Shown: positions 27,411-32,000 of the stretch, one piece after another
Numbering within the stretch: the stretch's first letter is position 1
Layout of the letters: each line of letters starts with the position of its first letter
Source of the DNA: Cupriavidus necator
GTDB taxonomy: Bacteria; Pseudomonadota; Gammaproteobacteria; Burkholderiales; Burkholderiaceae
Direction: 5' to 3'
Assembly (NCBI RefSeq): GCF_016127575.1
Contig: NZ_CP066018.1
Location: 2,970,001 to 3,002,000 of the forward strand
Length of the DNA stretch: 32,000 nucleotides
Made by a program: the position numbers and the translations under genes
The notes under the pieces: model-generated
What the model saw: the letters and a program-made list of their open reading frames with translations, nothing else
Databases searched by the model: none
What the model was told of the DNA's origin: nothing

Positions 27411-28781
27411 ATGACGCAATCCGAGAACGTTGCCGCCGCAGGCGGTGCCAAGACCGAACCGAAGGTGCGCCCCGCCAAGGCCCTGCAGGGCGTGAAGGGC
27501 ATGAACGACATGCTGCCGGCGGACGCGCCGCTGTGGGAGCATTTCGAGAATGCCGCACGCGCCATGCTGCGTGCCTACGGCTACCAGCAGATCCGCACGC
27601 CGATCGTCGAGCATACGCAGCTGTTCGTGCGCGGCATCGGCGAGGTCACTGACATCGTCGAGAAGGAGATGTACTCCTTCACCGATTCGCTCAACGGCGA
27701 GCAGCTGACGCTGCGCCCCGAAGGCACCGCCGCGGCCGTGCGCGCCACCATCGAGCACAATCTGCTGTACGACGGCCCCAAGCGCCTGTGGTACACCGGC
27801 CCGATGTTCCGCCACGAGCGTCCGCAGCGCGGCCGCTACCGCCAGTTCCACCAGCTCGGCGCCGAGGCGCTGGGCTTTGCCGGCCCGGACGTGGATGCCG
27901 AAATCATCCTGATGTGCCAGCGCCTGTGGGACGACCTGGGCCTGGTTGGCGTGCGCCTGGAGCTCAATTCGCTGGGGCAGGCCCATGAACGCGCCGCGCA
28001 CCGCGAACAGCTGATCAAGTACCTGGAAGGCTTCCAGGACATCCTGGACGACGACAGCAAGCGCCGCCTGTACACCAATCCGCTGCGCGTGCTGGACACC
28101 AAGAACCCGGCGCTGCAGGAGATGGCGGCGAACGCGCCCAAGCTGATCGATTTCCTGGGCGAGGAGTCGCTGGCGCACTTCGAGGGCGTGCAGCGCCTGC
28201 TCAAGGCCAACAACATCCCGTTCAAGATCAATCCGCGCCTGGTGCGTGGCCTGGACTACTACAACCTGACGGTGTTCGAGTGGATCACCGACAAGCTGGG
28301 TGCGCAGGGCACCATCGCCGGCGGCGGGCGCTATGACCCGCTGATCGCGCAGATGGGCGGCAAGCCGGCGCCGGCCTGCGGCTGGGCCATGGGCATCGAG
28401 CGCATCATCGAGCTGATCCGCGAAGAGGGCGTGGTGCCCGACGCGGCGGGCTGCGACGTCTACCTGGTGCACCAGGGCGAAGCCGCCGCGCAGCAGGCGA
28501 TGATCGCCGCGGAACGGCTGCGCGACGCAGGCCTGGACGTGGTGCTGCACGCCAGCCCCGACGGCAAGGGCGGCAGCTTCAAGTCGCAGATGAAGCGCGC
28601 CGACACAAGCGGCGCGGCCTATGCCGTTATCATTGGCGACGACGAAGTGGCTGCCGGCGTGGTCCAGGTCAAGGAACTTCGCCAGCGCGAGCAGGCCGAA
28701 GGCGGTGGACAACAGGCCACCGTGCCGGCCGAGGGACTGGTCGATTACCTGATCGACGCCATGGTCGGCGCCAGCGAATAA
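27411..28781 (+). CDS. hisS: histidine--tRNA ligase
   Basis: Class II motifs [31 protein letters not shown] and GGGRYD, plus an anticodon-binding C-terminus. Confidence 0.95.
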   Translation: MTQSENVAAAGGAKTEPKVRPAKALQGVKGMNDMLPADAPLWEHFENAARAMLRAYGYQQIRTPIVEHTQLFVRGIGEVTDIVEKEMYSFTDSLNGEQLTLRPEGTAAAVRATIEHNLLYDGPKRLWYTGPMFRHERPQRGRYRQFHQLGAEALGFAGPDVDAEIILMCQRLWDDLGLVGVRLELNSLGQAHERAAHREQLIKYLEGFQDILDDDSKRRLYTNPLRVLDTKNPALQEMAANAPKLIDFLGEESLAHFEGVQRLLKANNIPFKINPRLVRGLDYYNLTVFEWITDKLGAQGTIAGGGRYDPLIAQMGGKPAPACGWAMGIERIIELIREEGVVPDAAGCDVYLVHQGEAAAQQAMIAAERLRDAGLDVVLHASPDGKGGSFKSQMKRADTSGAAYAVIIGDDEVAAGVVQVKELRQREQAEGGGQQATVPAEGLVDYLIDAMVGASE

Positions 28782-28849
28782 ATCGCGCACCGGCCACCCG
28801 GAAAACCCAGTACACGAGTACCTAACCCAACGCAGGTGATTGCCTCGAC

Positions 28850-29482
28850 ATGGCTTACGATCTAGAAGAACAGGAACAGCTTGAGAATCTGAAGGCCTGG
28901 TGGCGCCAGTACGGCAATGCGCTGACCTGGGTGCTGATCGTCGCGCTGCTGGCGTTCGCCGGCTGGAACGGCTGGAAGTACTGGGAACGCAAGCAGGCCG
29001 GCGAGGCCGCGGTGCTGTACGAGCAGGTGCTCAAGGCCGCCGAGGCGCGCGACATCGAGCGCATCAAGCGCGCCGCGACCGACCTGGAAGACAAGTACGG
29101 CCGCACCGCCTATGGCCAGATGAGCGCGCTGGTCGCGGGCCGCGTGCTGTACGATGCGGGCGACCTCGCCGCGGCCAAGAGCCAGCTGCAATGGGCCATC
29201 GACCATGGCGACCAGGAGTATTCGCACCTGGCGCGCGTGCGCCTGGCCGGCGTGCTGCTCGACGAGAAGGCCTACGACAAGGGCCTGGCGCTGCTCAAGG
29301 ATGAACCGCCGGCAGCGTTCGTGGCGCTGTATGCCGACCGCCGCGGCGACCTGCTCGCCGCGCAGGACAAGCGCGACGATGCGCGCACGGCCTATCGCAA
29401 GGCGCTGGACAAGCTGGGCCAGGAAGAGCCGGCGATGCGCCAGATCATCCAGTTCAAGCTTGATGCGCTGGGCACGGCCTGA
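28850..29482 (+). CDS. YfgM family protein (membrane-anchored TPR-like, ancillary SecYEG-associated)
   Basis: N-terminal [18 protein letters not shown] followed by one TM, then a helical TPR-like domain. It sits in the conserved position between hisS and bamB. Confidence 0.75.
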   Translation: MAYDLEEQEQLENLKAWWRQYGNALTWVLIVALLAFAGWNGWKYWERKQAGEAAVLYEQVLKAAEARDIERIKRAATDLEDKYGRTAYGQMSALVAGRVLYDAGDLAAAKSQLQWAIDHGDQEYSHLARVRLAGVLLDEKAYDKGLALLKDEPPAAFVALYADRRGDLLAAQDKRDDARTAYRKALDKLGQEEPAMRQIIQFKLDALGTA

Positions 29483-29550
29483 TCCGGCCGCGCCCGAACG
29501 CATGCAAACACCGCATATCCAGCGGATCGTATAAACAGGACCGTAACCCT

Positions 29551-30726
29551 ATGACGTCAGTGCTTTCCCGTGCCGTACATCGCCAGCCCGCCCGCGCCAT
29601 GACCCGTGCGCTGGTGGCGGTTGCCTGCCTGGCCACACTGGGCGGCTGCTCGCTGTTCAGCAAGGAAAACAAGCACCCGCCCGCCGAGCTCAAGCCGGTC
29701 TCGGGCACGCTGTCGGTGCGCCAGGCCTGGAAGGCCGACGTGGGCAAGAGCGGCCCCTATTCGATGCAGCCGGCCGCGGCGGGCAACAACGTCTACGTGT
29801 CGTCCAATAACGGCAACGTGATGGCGCTGGAAGGCGCCAGCGGGCGCGTGCTGTGGAAGTCCAAGGCCGACCTGGACCTGACCTCGGGTCCGGGCAGTGA
29901 TGGCTCGGTGACGGCGGTCGCCGGCGAGAAGGGCGCCATCTATGCCTTTGACGCCAGCGGCAAGCAGATCTGGAAGAAGCAGGTCAACGGCGAGGTGCTG
30001 TCGGCGCCGCTGGTCGGCAATGGCCTGGTGGTGGTGCGCACCACCGACACGCGCGTATTCGGCCTGGACGCCGAGACCGGCGAGCGCCGCTGGATCTACC
30101 AGCGTTCGCAGACGCCGCTGAACCTGCGCGCGGCGATGGGGATGGTGTTTGCCGGCGACGGCATCGTGATGGGCTTCCCCGGCGGCAAGCTGGGCGTGCT
30201 GACGCCGGGCAACGGCGTGCTGCGCTGGGAGAGTGCGGTCTCGTACCCGAAGGGCGTGTCGGAGATCGAGCGCCTGAACGACGTCACCGGCCTGCCGATG
30301 GTGAGCGGGCGCCAGGTCTGCGCCACCACCTTCCAGGGCCGGGTGGCCTGCCTGGAACTGGCCAGCGGGCAGCCGCAGTGGGGCAAGGATTTCTCGTCGC
30401 CGAGCGGCCCGGCGCAGGATGACAATGCAATTTACGCCAGCGACGAGCAGTCGGTCGTGCATGCGTTCGACCGCCAGAACGGCAACGAGCGCTGGAAGAA
30501 CAACGACCTGCGCAATCGCCGCCTGGGCGCGCCGCTGGCCCTGGGCCGCTCGGTGGTAATGGGCGACTTTGAAGGTTATGTACACTTCCTGTCGCGCGAA
30601 GACGGCCAGGTCATCGCACGCATGAAGACCGATGGCAGTGCCATCACCGCCGCGCCCGTGGTGGCGGGGCAGACCCTGGTAATCCAGACCCGCGACGGCG
30701 ACGTCTACGGTTTCCAGCCTGGCTGA
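29551..30726 (+). CDS. bamB: outer membrane protein assembly factor BamB
   Basis: Lipobox TLGGC and repeated PQQ-like beta-propeller blades (e.g. [42 protein letters not shown]). It lies upstream of der. Confidence 0.88.
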   Translation: MTSVLSRAVHRQPARAMTRALVAVACLATLGGCSLFSKENKHPPAELKPVSGTLSVRQAWKADVGKSGPYSMQPAAAGNNVYVSSNNGNVMALEGASGRVLWKSKADLDLTSGPGSDGSVTAVAGEKGAIYAFDASGKQIWKKQVNGEVLSAPLVGNGLVVVRTTDTRVFGLDAETGERRWIYQRSQTPLNLRAAMGMVFAGDGIVMGFPGGKLGVLTPGNGVLRWESAVSYPKGVSEIERLNDVTGLPMVSGRQVCATTFQGRVACLELASGQPQWGKDFSSPSGPAQDDNAIYASDEQSVVHAFDRQNGNERWKNNDLRNRRLGAPLALGRSVVMGDFEGYVHFLSREDGQVIARMKTDGSAITAAPVVAGQTLVIQTRDGDVYGFQPG

Positions 30727-30740
30727 CAGGAATCCAATGC

Positions 30741-30773
30741 GCGCTGCCGTACACCTGTCGGTACGGCCAGCGC
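30741..30773 (+). terminator. strong hairpin immediately downstream of bamB
   Basis: GCGCTGCCGTAC-ACCTGTCG-GTACGGCCAGCGC (12 bp with a one-base bulge), starting 15 nt after the bamB stop. No clear U-tract. Confidence 0.4.
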
Positions 30774-30946
30774 CGAATCCGGTAGCATGATCCTTAGCGC
30801 GGCAATTGCAGCGGGTCCGTTGACCCGGCGCCGCGCCCGACAGGACAAGCGGCAGACCGCGCCCTAGGTGGCGCGGCGTGCCGTCGGATCCATTGACTCC
30901 GGAGTTACCGGGGGGCGGCGTGCCGGCCCCCGTTTCCGTTTATTGC

Positions 30947-32000
30947 ATGAAACCAGTTATCGCACTTGTCGGCCGCCCCAATGTGGGCAAGTCGACGCTA
31001 TTTAACCGCATGACCCGATCGCGCGACGCCCTTGTCGCCGACCTGCCGGGCCTGACGCGCGACCGCCATTACGGGGAAGGGCGCATCGGCGAACGTCCGT
31101 TCATCGCCATCGATACTGGCGGCTTCGAGCCGGTGGTCAAGGAAGGCATCGTCGCCGAGATGGCCAAGCAGACCAAGCAGGCCGTGGTCGAGGCTGACGT
31201 GGTGATCTTCATCGTCGACGGCCGCCTGGGCCTGGCGCCGCAGGACCGCGCCATCGCCGACTACCTGCGCAAGACCGGACGGCGCATCATGCTGGCGGTC
31301 AACAAGGCCGAGGGCATGAAGTACACCTCGGTGGCGGCCGACTTCTATGAGCTGGGCATGGGCGATCCGTACGCGATCTCCGCTGCCCACGGCGACGGCG
31401 TGAGCGAACTGGTCGACGAAGCCATCGAACTCGCGGTCCAGGAGCGCCCCGAGCTGGGCGAAGAGATTCCGGACGAAGGCAAGGGCGTCAAGATCGCCAT
31501 CGTCGGGCGCCCCAATGTGGGGAAATCCACGCTGGTCAACACGCTGATCGGCGAAGAGCGCGTGATCGCGTTCGACATGCCCGGCACCACCCGGGATGCC
31601 ATCTACGTGGAGTTCGAGCGCGGCGGCAAGCCCTACACGCTGATCGACACGGCAGGCTTGCGCCGGCGCGGCAAGGTGTTCGAGGCGATCGAGAAGTTCT
31701 CGGTGGTCAAGACGCTGCAGTCGATCGCCGATGCCAATGTGGTGATCCTGCTGCTCGATGCGCAACAGGATATTTCCGACCAGGACGCGCATATCGCCGG
31801 CTTTATCGTGGAATCGGGCCGCGCACTGGTGGTGGGCGTCAATAAATGGGATGGGCTGGACGGCCATACCCGCGACCGCATCAAGCATGACCTGGAACGC
31901 AAGCTGCAATTCCTTAGCTTCGCGAATTTCCATTTTGTCTCGGCACGCGAGCGTACCGGCATTGGCGCGCTGATGCGTTCGGTCGATGACGCGTTCGCCG
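30947..32000 (+). CDS. der: ribosome-associated GTPase Der (EngA), N-terminal part (3' end outside the window)
   Basis: [20 protein letters not shown] starts G-domain 1, and a second GRPNVGKST (about 31507) starts G-domain 2. The frame is open to the window end. The ORF track omits it because no stop codon is present. Confidence 0.93.
   Translation, partial: MKPVIALVGRPNVGKSTLFNRMTRSRDALVADLPGLTRDRHYGEGRIGERPFIAIDTGGFEPVVKEGIVAEMAKQTKQAVVEADVVIFIVDGRLGLAPQDRAIADYLRKTGRRIMLAVNKAEGMKYTSVAADFYELGMGDPYAISAAHGDGVSELVDEAIELAVQERPELGEEIPDEGKGVKIAIVGRPNVGKSTLVNTLIGEERVIAFDMPGTTRDAIYVEFERGGKPYTLIDTAGLRRRGKVFEAIEKFSVVKTLQSIADANVVILLLDAQQDISDQDAHIAGFIVESGRALVVGVNKWDGLDGHTRDRIKHDLERKLQFLSFANFHFVSARERTGIGALMRSVDDAFA

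Overview
This is a GC-rich chromosomal segment whose gene content and protein sequences look like Cupriavidus/Ralstonia (Burkholderiaceae, Betaproteobacteria). I call 31 protein-coding genes. I found no rRNA, tRNA, CRISPR array, IS element, integrase or phage gene.

The window has three conserved housekeeping blocks:
- dnaX-ybaB-recR (1-2284)
- surE-pcm-nlpD-rpoS (14497-18252)
- ndk-rlmN-pilW-rodZ-ispG-hisS-yfgM-bamB-der (22673-32000)

Between the first two blocks lies a more accessory metabolic and transport stretch (2361-14289):
- a LysR regulator, a family III CoA-transferase, an HMG-CoA-lyase-like enzyme and a Bug/TctC binding protein
- a NitT/TauT-type ABC transporter
- a TctE/TctD-like two-component pair divergent from a porin gene
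- a quinone oxidoreductase

I see no convincing defence island or mobile system. The leads most worth a second look are:
1. A stand-alone PolB-type 3'-5' exonuclease gene overlaps the rpoS stop codon (ATGA). It lies tail-to-tail with an EEP-fold nuclease/phosphatase gene.
2. The CoA-transferase/HMGL/Bug module has no assigned substrate.
3. Third-position GC drops locally across the nlpD 3' end and the rpoS 5' end.
4. Several structured intergenic regions stand out: BI-1/ndk, bamB/der and downstream of the porin gene.

Every long alternative ORF in the six-frame track is the codon-aligned antisense frame of a real gene, so I reject them all.
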